Shown: one piece after another, positions 19,557-29,087 of the stretch | Layout of the letters: every line of letters starts with the position of its first letter | Position numbering within the stretch: position 1 is the stretch's first letter | IMG/VR virus record: IMGVR_UViG_3300036770_005754 | Coordinates: 112,559-176,558 of that record | Strand: one strand, 5' to 3' | DNA length: 64,000 nucleotides | Source: a virus | Program-made: the position numbers and the translations under genes | Notes under the pieces: generated by a model | What the model was told of the DNA's origin: nothing | Seen by the model: only the letters and a program-made list of their open reading frames with translations | Databases searched by the model: none

Positions 19557-19961
19557 CTAGACCATCACATCAGCAGTCAAATCACGGGCATCCTGATGCA
19601 AGTCTCTCGACAGGCCAGCAACAGTGTTCTCCAGAAACTTGTCATGACCAATCTGGAACGCAAAATCAACATCAGTCAGATTAGTCTGAGCATTAGAGAA
19701 GGATACCTGATCCTTCAAGCCAACTACAATCGGGAAGCCACGGCCAGCATTATGGCGAGCTTCACCCATGTAAGTGCTGAAATCAGAGACAGATGTGTCT
19801 CTGGACTTAACCTCAACAAGAATCTCATGAGCAGGAACGCTCATTACAAGCGGACGGAGGCGCTTAATCAAAGCAGCCACGGATTCGTGACGGTGCATAT
19901 CACGATAAGAACGAATAGTACGATGCACTCGAATGTCGGTATTCGCAGGTTGTGCTGACAT
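19557..19961 (-). CDS. Hypothetical protein
   Basis: Within ORF 19557..20042; AGGAG RBS precedes MSAQP at 19961; terminator downstream. Confidence 0.7.
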   Translation of the reverse strand: MSAQPANTDIRVHRTIRSYRDMHRHESVAALIKRLRPLVMSVPAHEILVEVKSRDTSVSDFSTYMGEARHNAGRGFPIVVGLKDQVSFSNAQTNLTDVDFAFQIGHDKFLENTVAGLSRDLHQDARDLTADVMV

Positions 19962-20050
19962 TTTGAAACTCCTGAACATTGTTACTAACTGCCAAACTAT
20001 ATTATTTTTGACAGAAGCTTCAAAATGTGTTAAGTACACCAACCCAAAAA

Positions 20051-20167
20051 TGGTGGCCGGTTGCTAGGATTTGCACCCGCGACCTACGATCCGTTAGATC
20101 GTCGCTCTAGACTACCCTCTAGGACTAATAGTCCTAGATTGGCTCCATTCGGCTGAGCTAAACCGGA
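20051..20167 (-). tRNA. Aberrant tRNA-like gene (anticodon AAC) with about 38 extra nt in the D region
   Basis: CCGGTT/AACCGG acceptor, TA-GCTC...GAGC D stem, ACGAT-CTAACGG-ATCGT anticodon arm, AGGTC, GCGGG-TGCAAAT-CCTAGC T arm, encoded CCA. Confidence 0.7.
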
Positions 20168-20201
20168 TGAGAACTCATTGAAGGATTCTCATTCTTCCAC
20201 C

Positions 20202-20558
20202 TTACACATTTGGAATGATCTTAACACTGGCTACAGAAGGAGACACCACCTTCTTTTCCTCAGAAATCACTCCCTTCTCCATCAACTTTTTCTTCAGCTC
20301 ACCAGACTTTGATAAAACATCCTCATTAATCTTCAACACCAGCTTAGAGCTACCTTTAGAAGGTGAGCTAATAGTAATCTCACCGACACCCTTCACCACA
20401 ATCGACTTCTTAGCACCAGCAGCATATTCTCGAAGCTTACCCTTCAAAACATTCAATCTTTCCTCGGCCTTGTTGTAATCGCTAAATACTTCAAACGCCT
20501 CTTTAGCGACTTCCATCACTTCAGATTCCACCTCAGATTCAATCATCGCAATACCCAT
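20202..20558 (-). CDS. Hypothetical Lys-rich protein
   Basis: 118-aa ORF. Confidence 0.65.
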   Translation of the reverse strand: MGIAMIESEVESEVMEVAKEAFEVFSDYNKAEERLNVLKGKLREYAAGAKKSIVVKGVGEITISSPSKGSSKLVLKINEDVLSKSGELKKKLMEKGVISEEKKVVSPSVASVKIIPNV

Positions 20559-20870
20559 ATGAAAGAAATAAAAATCACAAAAAGAGTTACAACACCATTT
20601 CTAGAAGCAATACCGCCACAAATAGAACACTTCGATGCATATATTTACGCAGTGGTGAAAAGAAAAGAAGGGCTAAACATACCAGAAGACAAATACGGAA
20701 TAGACGTGAGAATAGATCCAGCAACACTAAACTGGAAACAAAAAACAATCACAATCACAATACCACTAAACATCAACACAGGGATAAAAACAATAAACGA
20801 CCTAGAAGAAACATGGTTCGAATCGCTAGAAGCAGCATTCATTATGATGATGCACAACGCATTACCATAA
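20559..20870 (+). CDS. Hypothetical protein
   Basis: 103-aa ORF filling the gap exactly. Confidence 0.65.
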   Translation: MKEIKITKRVTTPFLEAIPPQIEHFDAYIYAVVKRKEGLNIPEDKYGIDVRIDPATLNWKQKTITITIPLNINTGIKTINDLEETWFESLEAAFIMMMHNALP

Positions 20871-20871
20871 G

Positions 20872-21687
20872 CTAAATCCTATTCGCCCTAGTAATAGTAT
20901 GATAATATCTAACAGGCCTAGGACCATATAAACTATGATCACCAGGACCGTAAACACCAGACGACTGATAATGCAAAAAAGCAGTAGTCAAAATCGGCTT
21001 GCCCCTATAGGCCAAGTATAAAGCAATCAGCCTCTCAAAAACATGCGGAGTCCAAAAACCAATATCAGTCAACCGCAGCTTACTAATAATATTATATAAC
21101 CTATTACCAAGATAATCAAAAGTAGCACGAGAACACGCGAATTGATGCGAATAAATCATATTAGGCTGAGTATCCATAGCCCACTCATAAATCTCACCAT
21201 CATACTTCTTGATAATATCCCAGACAAAAATCTCATTATCAAAACAATGAATCATATACGGATCATACTTAGGTATCAAATGAGCATCAGTAGGTACAAA
21301 CCAATCTTCCCATAAACCACCATAGGCAACAGGAATAGTCAAAGCGATAGAAGAATGAGGATCGGCGTCCAAAGAATCATTCAACCTCCTCCAAGTCTCA
21401 CCGGCCTTGAAATGCAAATCAATATCGGAATGCATAATAGCCACATGATTGTCGCCAATTAGCTCATTAGCATGCTCCCAAATGGTCAAAATAACCGAGG
21501 ATTCAAATAACGCAGAATTCCAGGAAGCATAAGTCGGATAAAAATCACCAGCCTCAGACAAATCAGAACTTTTATTCTTAGTCACACCACATGAAATCCT
21601 CCTGCTATCAACGAGCTTAGAATTGAAAGCCCTCTTAGGCAACAAATCAGCAGATTGCGGATGTAGCAAAACAAAAGATTTAATCAT
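20872..21687 (-). CDS. Putative GT-A-fold glycosyltransferase-like protein
   Basis: HVAIMHSD, F.C....F..., FERL.ALY; neighbours are GTs. Confidence 0.5.
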   Translation of the reverse strand: MIKSFVLLHPQSADLLPKRAFNSKLVDSRRISCGVTKNKSSDLSEAGDFYPTYASWNSALFESSVILTIWEHANELIGDNHVAIMHSDIDLHFKAGETWRRLNDSLDADPHSSIALTIPVAYGGLWEDWFVPTDAHLIPKYDPYMIHCFDNEIFVWDIIKKYDGEIYEWAMDTQPNMIYSHQFACSRATFDYLGNRLYNIISKLRLTDIGFWTPHVFERLIALYLAYRGKPILTTAFLHYQSSGVYGPGDHSLYGPRPVRYYHTITRANRI

Positions 21688-21705
21688 TTCAAACCAATCG
21701 AAAAG

Positions 21706-22557
21706 TCAGAAACCATGAATCAGCTGTAAGCCCTGCTCCCTATCAGTCCTCAGAGCGACCTTGCTCACACCTGTAGCCCTCAAATTCACTTCCAAACCAT
21801 CATTAGCTTCAAGACTAGTCGGAATATAACTAGTCAACTCCTTATCAGACCAATGCATATGTGTCCCGAGCATCTCAGGAAACCGCAACCGCCATTTATT
21901 ATGAAGATATCTCAAATATGGCCAGTATTTACCAGACATACTGGCAGAATACTTCCCATAATGGACAATAGGCAAATGAGCACAATAAACCTTATAAGCA
22001 GCAGCACGAGCCTGTAAACACATATCGACACCATAAAAATGGAAACCATGAAACATAGAATCAAACCTTAAACCGGTCCTTTTGTTGACAGCTATCAAGC
22101 ACTCGTCAGCACAATGAACAGTCGTTATATCCTTAATACCATCCCAATAAGGCGGCTTACCAATATTCTCATCACTATCCCAAACAGACCCAACAGCAAC
22201 AGTATCAACATCAAGAGAACCGCCCCACCGACCTATGTCTTTCCTACCATACTTCAGTGAAATACCAGCAGTACCAATGATACCCCACTCATCAGGAATA
22301 ACACTAATAATATCGCTCAATATATAGAACCAATCAAACAACAATCTAACATCCTGATGAGCAAATATTACTACATCTGATCTGGCTACATCCATACCAA
22401 TATTCAAAGCATTGCTGGCAGAATATCTGTTGCCATTGTTGATAATGGGTATAATCTCAATATCATGCCCACTGCGGCAAGCATTCATAGAACTGAGAAG
22501 ACATTTCTCAAACACGTCAGGCCTGGAAACACAGCAAACAATCGAAAAATCAGGCAT
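21706..22557 (-). CDS. GT2-like glycosyltransferase
   Basis: FSIVCC, A.N.G...A.SD..IF.HQDV, FD..F.GFHFYGVD.CLQ. Confidence 0.85.
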   Translation of the reverse strand: MPDFSIVCCVSRPDVFEKCLLSSMNACRSGHDIEIIPIINNGNRYSASNALNIGMDVARSDVVIFAHQDVRLLFDWFYILSDIISVIPDEWGIIGTAGISLKYGRKDIGRWGGSLDVDTVAVGSVWDSDENIGKPPYWDGIKDITTVHCADECLIAVNKRTGLRFDSMFHGFHFYGVDMCLQARAAAYKVYCAHLPIVHYGKYSASMSGKYWPYLRYLHNKWRLRFPEMLGTHMHWSDKELTSYIPTSLEANDGLEVNLRATGVSKVALRTDREQGLQLIHGF

Positions 22558-22587
22558 CTGGCAAAACTACCATAAAGGAGAAATCAA

Positions 22588-22818
22588 ATGGCATCGAACA
22601 TAACAACGATCACCAACGTCTCACGCCAACTTGTCCCGATACTCATCAACAGCATCGACGCGACTAGCTCACAAGTCGGGTCAGACTTGATTGCCGCTAA
22701 ATCAGAACAGACATTCATACAACCAGGTGCCGAAATCAACGTCGAATCGAACCGTGTCGACCTAGCACAATTAGAACAAATGCGAAGAAACGGTCTGATA
22801 AGATTCGTGTCCCGGTAG
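22588..22818 (+). CDS. Small protein, paralog of 2047..2301
   Basis: N.SRQL, IQPG, QLE.....G.I.; AAGGAG RBS. Confidence 0.75.
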   Translation: MASNITTITNVSRQLVPILINSIDATSSQVGSDLIAAKSEQTFIQPGAEINVESNRVDLAQLEQMRRNGLIRFVSR

Positions 22819-22825
22819 TATCTAC

Positions 22826-23569
22826 ATGCTGTTTGTGGAAAATGAAATAACACCAATATTAATGGTGTCATACCATAGGCCAAACGACTTTAAAATATCC
22901 CTAAAATCAGTACTAAACAACACAGATTGCCCATTTCATCTGACAATCCTCGACAACTCATGTGGCGGTCTGGATAGCGAATTAGACTCAATACAAGCAA
23001 GCAATGTGACAATATACAAGAGCAGCACCAATATAGGGAAAGCAGCAATAATAAATAAAAAATTCGCAGAAATGGTCGGAAACAGCACACACTTCATAAC
23101 AATAGACGCCGATGTAGTAGTGCCAAAGAAATGGCTAACAGAGATGAAAAGATCATACTACTCTGTGAGGAAAAACAACAAACCAGGAATAATAGCACCA
23201 GCAATACTCAGCAGCCTACAAGACTCCTGGCCCAAACAATTAGAGAATAATAAACTAACAATGCACCAAATCGGCGATCTAAGAGAAGTGAAATATTACA
23301 ATGGACTATACCAAAACAGATATAACGCCGGACCATTGTTCCTCATAGATACCGAATTTTTCAAATCTGCTGGAATGTACTACGATAAACAATTATACGG
23401 GGCAGATGACGGAATGTTATGCAACTCAGCAACAAAAATGAATAGATTCCTAGGCATAAACAGCAACGTCTCAGTCTTACACTCGAACTTCGATAGTACA
23501 CCAGAATACATGAACTGGAAGAAAAGAAACATCACCAAGGACGAGGACCAACGTGGTCATTGGGATTGA
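22826..23569 (+). CDS. GT2 glycosyltransferase
   Basis: ILMVSYHR, ILDNS, N.GKA, ITIDADV, YG.DD. Confidence 0.85.
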   Translation: MLFVENEITPILMVSYHRPNDFKISLKSVLNNTDCPFHLTILDNSCGGLDSELDSIQASNVTIYKSSTNIGKAAIINKKFAEMVGNSTHFITIDADVVVPKKWLTEMKRSYYSVRKNNKPGIIAPAILSSLQDSWPKQLENNKLTMHQIGDLREVKYYNGLYQNRYNAGPLFLIDTEFFKSAGMYYDKQLYGADDGMLCNSATKMNRFLGINSNVSVLHSNFDSTPEYMNWKKRNITKDEDQRGHWD

Positions 23570-24176
23570 TGCTATAATCACTATAATACCTCGAAATGAC
23601 TCTACTTTCAACAGCGACCACCCTATCAAAAAGCTCAGGTGTATACTTAGCCCAATATTTCGATGGCCTACCATCCAAATCTGAGTCATTCACCCTTTGT
23701 AAATTATCAATCATCTCTTCATCATATTTCAACCCGGACATTGATATTGCAGTTTTAATATCCCTAGCACCATTCTCTATTTTCGCGATGAAATCGATAC
23801 CGCCAGGGACATACTGTATATATTGCTCATATAACCAAGTCACCCAGCCGTCTGGTTTATATTCAAGAACGTTGCTCACAAACGTTCGAAAATCATTAGA
23901 CGCACAACTAGCGTCAAGCGGATGATTCATTTTCCACCCACTCTTCATCCTAAAGGCCCACACGGATTGGTACCACGTTATGGGATGTCTAATGATTGTA
24001 AATATAAATCGCTCTTTGTACCATTCTTCCGGATGGTGGTCGAGTAATTGTGGAAAATGACTATGCTGGTGCCCTATCATGAAGGTATTGGTGGTTCTCC
24101 TCAATATCGAGGACGCCCACATACCACCAGTCTTTGGAATATGAAGAAATACGAAATTTTTCGAAGCTAATGCCAT
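23532..24176 (-). CDS. Sulfotransferase (Sulfotransfer_2-like)
   Basis: FLHIPKTGG 5'-PSB motif; FT.IRHP..WY.S 3'-PB motif. Confidence 0.85.
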   Translation of the reverse strand: MALASKNFVFLHIPKTGGMWASSILRRTTNTFMIGHQHSHFPQLLDHHPEEWYKERFIFTIIRHPITWYQSVWAFRMKSGWKMNHPLDASCASNDFRTFVSNVLEYKPDGWVTWLYEQYIQYVPGGIDFIAKIENGARDIKTAISMSGLKYDEEMIDNLQRVNDSDLDGRPSKYWAKYTPELFDRVVAVESRVISRYYSDYSINPNDHVGPRPW

Positions 24177-25141
24177 CAGTTTACCATATTCTCAGCTTGT
24201 TGCGTGAAACCCACAGCAGATAATAAAGTATGCATTCGATTGTGATAAGTATGATTCTTCAATACTTCGCTTTGAATACTGCGCATATTCTCCAATCGTT
24301 CGCCCTCATTCTCAGAATAGTGGACGCATAAATCGACAAAATTCTTGGGAGTTTGTGAAACAATAGCCGATGGCAAAAGCCTCTTTAGACTCGGCACAGT
24401 ATCATGGACCGGCAGGGCACCGCACAAAGCGGCCTTGAAAACACGCTCTGGCACATCTATAGCGTGACTATGTGTGTGTATTTCGGAAATGCAAGGTGCC
24501 ACTCTGCCGCTATTCAGAAACTCGTTAGCCTGATCTTCCGGCAACGGTCCATTACAAATACCATCCGGCCAGTCACCCCACCCTCTAACAGAATAATTAA
24601 TACCACGGTTCTTGGATTCAACAAGGGCCGGTAGCAAAAATGAGTCTATCGTCTTAGCCTTATATGCCCACCTACCGCCAAGATACACAATACCGACTGT
24701 TCTGTCTGATGCTGGCCTAATGTCTTTGAATATGGTCTTATCGCCAGCACACGGCATCGGGACCCACTGGACACCATGTTTAGTGGTCCAATAGCTCCAG
24801 ATCAATCTATCATCTTCACCACCATAGCCGAACACAACATCAGGTTTTTGATTTATAGTCCACCTAATATTGTCTTTATTTTCATTAATTCCTGGAATGT
24901 CGATCGGGCCATATGGGTTAACATGTATAGCTACTTTGCAATTTTGCCTATTTGGAGGTATTGGTTGTTTATGCCCCGAACATCCAATATATAGGTCCGG
25001 GCCGAATGCCCTCCAAGTGCTTTCTATACCGTCCCATCTTCGTACTGTGTGGCCCTTGTCATGCAGAGCATTGAAAAAGCCATCTGTAATATACCCAAAA
25101 GCACCGCCGGGGCGGTTACATATAAGTACTTTCATTTGCAA
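24176..25141 (-). CDS. GT-B glycosyltransferase (CgeB / Glyco_trans_1_2-like)
   Basis: KPDVVF, IVYLG, G.G.W, ERVFKA..CGA, HTY..R. Confidence 0.8.
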   Translation of the reverse strand: MQMKVLICNRPGGAFGYITDGFFNALHDKGHTVRRWDGIESTWRAFGPDLYIGCSGHKQPIPPNRQNCKVAIHVNPYGPIDIPGINENKDNIRWTINQKPDVVFGYGGEDDRLIWSYWTTKHGVQWVPMPCAGDKTIFKDIRPASDRTVGIVYLGGRWAYKAKTIDSFLLPALVESKNRGINYSVRGWGDWPDGICNGPLPEDQANEFLNSGRVAPCISEIHTHSHAIDVPERVFKAALCGALPVHDTVPSLKRLLPSAIVSQTPKNFVDLCVHYSENEGERLENMRSIQSEVLKNHTYHNRMHTLLSAVGFTQQAENMVN

Positions 25142-27045
25142 TACCTTTCGAAGGATTTTGAGTAACCATTGTTATTTAACTGAATATACTGCTTCTTGAT
25201 CCTATCTTCCATCGATATTGCTTTTAATTGTGACTCTATTGTTTTATTCTTATTATGATGCTCGTTCCACCCATGTACACGTGGATGCCATAAGTGTAAT
25301 AAATCAAATGTTCGTTTTTCTGACCATCGTGAAGAAGCTGATAATCTAGCGTAAAAATCGCAATCCTCACAACCATAACCCCAAAAATCTTCGTTAAACC
25401 CGCCGCACTTCCAGTAGTCGCTGACTGTGCAGGCCAATGAGCCACCTTCAAAATATCCAATTACTCTTTCGCATTGTACATCTTCGCTCACGATACCACT
25501 ACTGTTAATCAATCTCGTCGAATCCTCATTCGCATATATCACTTTACCGCCAATATGGCATGCCCCAAAATCTTCTAAGTTATTCCAGATCTCTCTTGTG
25601 TAATGTCCTTGTACTAACATATCAGCATCATGTAAGACGACTTTTGATGTCAGAGAGTTATCAACACCGAAGTTAAAAGCTAGAGACTTGTTGAATAATG
25701 GGTTTTGTATTCGTGATACTAAATGATATCCGACTGGCTCATGTGCACTCACTTCTATTCTGGATTTAATGTCTTGTTCAATGAGCAATATGTTAATGAC
25801 TGGAAATCTTTGCGCTCTAATATTATTGACCACTGAAATTATTGATTCGTTTCTCCCGGTCTCTCTAAATGGTATTATGTACGTTATATCATCCACTGCC
25901 GATCTATTAGTTGGCACAATGACTACCGGGGATCTGTTTTCAAATACTGCTTTTGCGTTTTTCAGATGTTGGTCTTTATTGTCTACGCTGGATTTTTCTG
26001 CGTGCGTTTTATAGAACTTATCTGATCCATTGACATCAAAGAAGCCTTTATCTTGCAGTCCCATCTCCCAGGCCTTTTGGGACCAATCGACGTGTTCCAT
26101 TCCGTATGTGCCATATGACTCATCGAAGTAGCCACATTTTTGTAGCATTGAGTTGGTGAATGCTAATACAGCACCATGCGGTTTTGAGTTCGATTTTCTT
26201 ACTATTGTTCCGTTTCTAGTCTCTTGTTCACCTGGTTTCGCACCATATACGCCGACTTGTGTGTATGTGAAGTGGTGCATATTAGTCCGACACATAGCAT
26301 CAGCATAATGCTTCTCCCATCCGTTTTGTAATATCTCAACATCATCATTCAGCAATATGCCATATTTAAATCTTGATAAGCATCTTAGTAATCTATTGCT
26401 GTTGCCTGCTACTCCAATTCTCGCACTGTTTTTGATCACTGTGAAGTTATTTGTGACACTATCTAGATATTTGAGTAATTCGCTGTCTGTGCTGCAATCG
26501 TCGCTAATGAAGATTGTTGTCTTACGTAAATCGGTATATCTTATTATTGAATCTACAAGCCTTTTTAGAGAGTCACGTCTATTGTACGATAATATGCCGA
26601 CTCCTATGTTGTTGCTGATCGGATAATGGTTATTCTCTAAGTTCGACTGTAATAGCTCTGTTGCGTTCGTCTGTAGCTTTCTGCCGACTATTTTTCCGAC
26701 TTTGTTGTTTGACGTGGTTAGCCGTTGTTGTGATATTTTCTTGGCTTTAATTATTTCTTGCCTTATTTTCCTACGTTCGACGCTATTTTCTTCTGCTGGA
26801 GGTTTTTGTGGTACTTGTTCTTGTCTTTTTTGTATTATACGATGCTGCTTGAGTGGGATATTTCGCGGTAATGGTTGCTGTACCTGTTGAGATGATTGGT
26901 TGGCTAACTTGATAAAACCTCTCGACTTATAACGATCAAAATATTCTGGTAATACGACTTTTGAGTGAGGTTTTACTCTAATTACTATTCCATCCGGGCC
27001 TGTTAGATGGACTATGAAGCTGTTTGGGTTGATATATTCTGGCAT
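25132..27045 (-). CDS. Multidomain glycosyltransferase (small N-terminal domain, basic linker, GT2, GT2/GT7-like)
   Basis: ILSYNR, DD.S.D, LLNDD, FDE.YG.YG.EH.D; second domain IIPFR, FNKS..FN.G, HDAD, GGFNEDFWGYG.ED. Confidence 0.9.
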   Translation of the reverse strand: MPEYINPNSFIVHLTGPDGIVIRVKPHSKVVLPEYFDRYKSRGFIKLANQSSQQVQQPLPRNIPLKQHRIIQKRQEQVPQKPPAEENSVERRKIRQEIIKAKKISQQRLTTSNNKVGKIVGRKLQTNATELLQSNLENNHYPISNNIGVGILSYNRRDSLKRLVDSIIRYTDLRKTTIFISDDCSTDSELLKYLDSVTNNFTVIKNSARIGVAGNSNRLLRCLSRFKYGILLNDDVEILQNGWEKHYADAMCRTNMHHFTYTQVGVYGAKPGEQETRNGTIVRKSNSKPHGAVLAFTNSMLQKCGYFDESYGTYGMEHVDWSQKAWEMGLQDKGFFDVNGSDKFYKTHAEKSSVDNKDQHLKNAKAVFENRSPVVIVPTNRSAVDDITYIIPFRETGRNESIISVVNNIRAQRFPVINILLIEQDIKSRIEVSAHEPVGYHLVSRIQNPLFNKSLAFNFGVDNSLTSKVVLHDADMLVQGHYTREIWNNLEDFGACHIGGKVIYANEDSTRLINSSGIVSEDVQCERVIGYFEGGSLACTVSDYWKCGGFNEDFWGYGCEDCDFYARLSASSRWSEKRTFDLLHLWHPRVHGWNEHHNKNKTIESQLKAISMEDRIKKQYIQLNNNGYSKSFERYCK

Positions 27046-27764
27046 TATCGCTTCGCTTCAATATACATCGGCTGAAACAAATTGGCAACTGGGTCGTGGT
27101 ACAGGCGGAATCTTGTCGGTTTGAGGATTATATCACCCGAGTATGATCCAGCACCTCTAGCTATCGCGTCTATGATGCGGTCGTCGATTATTTCAGTTTT
27201 GATTACTTCCTGAACGTCGAACATTTTGCTGAAAATGTCCCTGACCATACCTGGGCTTGCCATTTTGTTATATGCAGTCTGAACGTCTACTAATGTCAAT
27301 CTGTCTGATATTGTAAAGAAGAGTTGGGCTTGCTCGATTCTTATTAACTTCATCAGATATAAGACATTTTGCAATTTACTGTCACAGAATTCTAGGGCTG
27401 TCTTTGATAATTGATTGTCAGTTGTCAGATCAATGTTGTTGCCGTTCCAATCACCGTAGAGAACTACAATTTGGTCTTTTTCTGGTTGTCTATAAACAAG
27501 GACTGATAGGCCATCATTGCCGTAGTGTCTTATAACATAGCAGAAAACATTGTTAACGTGCTGGATTAGACTATCGGGCATGAATTTCGGATACGGCAGA
27601 ACCTGCGGCAATTTAGATATACCAGATTCCGGTGTTTGCTTGCTTGTCGTGATGTTGTATGGCGTACTTCCCGTTCTTCGCACTGCGGATTTCCGATAGT
27701 TTGATTTTGTAGGTCTCTTTTTCTTGCTCTTGGCCCGACATAACGAAAAGCAAGTATGGGACAC
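27045..27764 (-). CDS. Hypothetical protein (true start probably near 27611 or 27581)
   Basis: Long ORF; its 5' part overlaps the upstream gene. Confidence 0.65.
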   Translation of the reverse strand: MSHTCFSLCRAKSKKKRPTKSNYRKSAVRRTGSTPYNITTSKQTPESGISKLPQVLPYPKFMPDSLIQHVNNVFCYVIRHYGNDGLSVLVYRQPEKDQIVVLYGDWNGNNIDLTTDNQLSKTALEFCDSKLQNVLYLMKLIRIEQAQLFFTISDRLTLVDVQTAYNKMASPGMVRDIFSKMFDVQEVIKTEIIDDRIIDAIARGAGSYSGDIILKPTRFRLYHDPVANLFQPMYIEAKR

Positions 27765-27981
27765 CGGCGAAAATTATGTGCAGATCGTCAGTGTCCTTAT
27801 CATACTGTTTAATTACTCCGTGCCACGTCGATAACCAACGTGACCATATCACGTAATCACCATATTGAGGAACATACAATGCCCTAGGCCTGTAGTGAGC
27901 CAATGGCGGCAGATCAGCCTTCAGGCCTCTTAATCCTAGTGAGGCTGTGGGTGTAGATCTCATATCTGTACTCGTAACCAT
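27613..27981 (-). CDS. Hypothetical protein
   Basis: 122-aa ORF. Confidence 0.65.
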   Translation of the reverse strand: MVTSTDMRSTPTASLGLRGLKADLPPLAHYRPRALYVPQYGDYVIWSRWLSTWHGVIKQYDKDTDDLHIIFAGVPYLLFVMSGQEQEKETYKIKLSEIRSAKNGKYAIQHHDKQANTGIWYI

Positions 27982-28423
27982 CTTTGATATCCCAGGTTAT
28001 TAATGTGTTCTTTCTTGTACCACCAGTCCATTGCTTTATTAACGGATCAACCCACGTTAATCCATCTGCACTCTTTTTCATGGTAGCTGGTTTCATCAAC
28101 TTACCATTAATTTCTAAGCTCTCGACCTCATCATCTGGTGATTCTAACCGTTTCTTAATTAGATCGAGTCCCTCGATAAGAATAGACCTTCTGCTCTTAG
28201 ATTTAGTCTCTGAAGAAACCCGATATAGCACTCTATTACCATCTTCTGACTCTTCCAATAACGTCTGTATCGGAATAGATTGAGGTTTTAAATCACTATT
28301 AGGACCAAACTGAGCAACAACCGCCTGTATGTCGCTCAATGTATTAACCTGCACTGGTTTCAAAATCTCCTGACTCAACTTCTGACCTTCTCTCAGACGT
28401 GCTCGCTCCAGCGCCTCCATCAA
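27914..28423 (-). CDS. Hypothetical protein
   Basis: 169 aa, AGGAG RBS. Confidence 0.7.
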   Translation of the reverse strand: MMEALERARLREGQKLSQEILKPVQVNTLSDIQAVVAQFGPNSDLKPQSIPIQTLLEESEDGNRVLYRVSSETKSKSRRSILIEGLDLIKKRLESPDDEVESLEINGKLMKPATMKKSADGLTWVDPLIKQWTGGTRKNTLITWDIKDGYEYRYEIYTHSLTRIKRPEG

Positions 28424-28835
28424 TCACTCTCCTATGCAAAATATCTAAATCATAGGTCTTCACACGACCTTTCCTAATCAGTTCATATACAACATGAAAA
28501 CACGTTGCTAATCTATGCGAAACAAAAGTAATTATTAACCAATTTACAATGCTGTAATTAGTAGTGCTTGCGATTACAGGGAAAGCTGAAGGAAGTATGA
28601 ACAAAGACAAGAAACCAGCCACCCAGACACTTGTACAATAACCGCAAGATATAAGCTTATCAAACCAAACCAATAGTGCTTGTAACCAGTTATCTTTTGG
28701 TGGCCCGTCTATTGGGTATATTGATTTCTTGATAAAATCTCGAAATGGTCTCATTATCTCAGACGAGGTGATAATTTCCGAAATTGCTTCAACTGCGACT
28801 GACATCAACAATATTGCGATGATTTCAGCAATCAT
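28344..28835 (-). CDS. DUF1360-like membrane protein
   Basis: Hydrophobic segments with LISCGYCTSVWVA. Confidence 0.7.
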   Translation of the reverse strand: MIAEIIAILLMSVAVEAISEIITSSEIMRPFRDFIKKSIYPIDGPPKDNWLQALLVWFDKLISCGYCTSVWVAGFLSLFILPSAFPVIASTTNYSIVNWLIITFVSHRLATCFHVVYELIRKGRVKTYDLDILHRRVIDGGAGASTSERRSEVESGDFETSAG

Positions 28836-29083
28836 TTAACTATCAGCCTGCAGTTCGGGTTGGAGCATTGGAATCTTTCTCTACCAGCAATATTTACAGT
28901 CATGATCACGTACCCACATTTAGTGCACTTCTTGCCAGAAGAGATATGCTGTCTAGAAGCAATTACTTGACGATTCTGATTACCAGTAGGTGCGGACTGT
29001 TTCCGAGCAGCACGAGATTGCCGCGGCTCTTTACGTTCTATCGTTTGTTTTCTAATCTGCCGTCTACCGCCACCGCAACACAT
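28832..29083 (-). CDS. Small basic Cys-rich / zinc-ribbon protein
   Basis: MCCGGG start after GAGG; C-terminal CTKC...CSNPNC. Confidence 0.7.
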   Translation of the reverse strand: MCCGGGRRQIRKQTIERKEPRQSRAARKQSAPTGNQNRQVIASRQHISSGKKCTKCGYVIMTVNIAGRERFQCSNPNCRLIVK

Positions 29084-29087
29084 ATTA

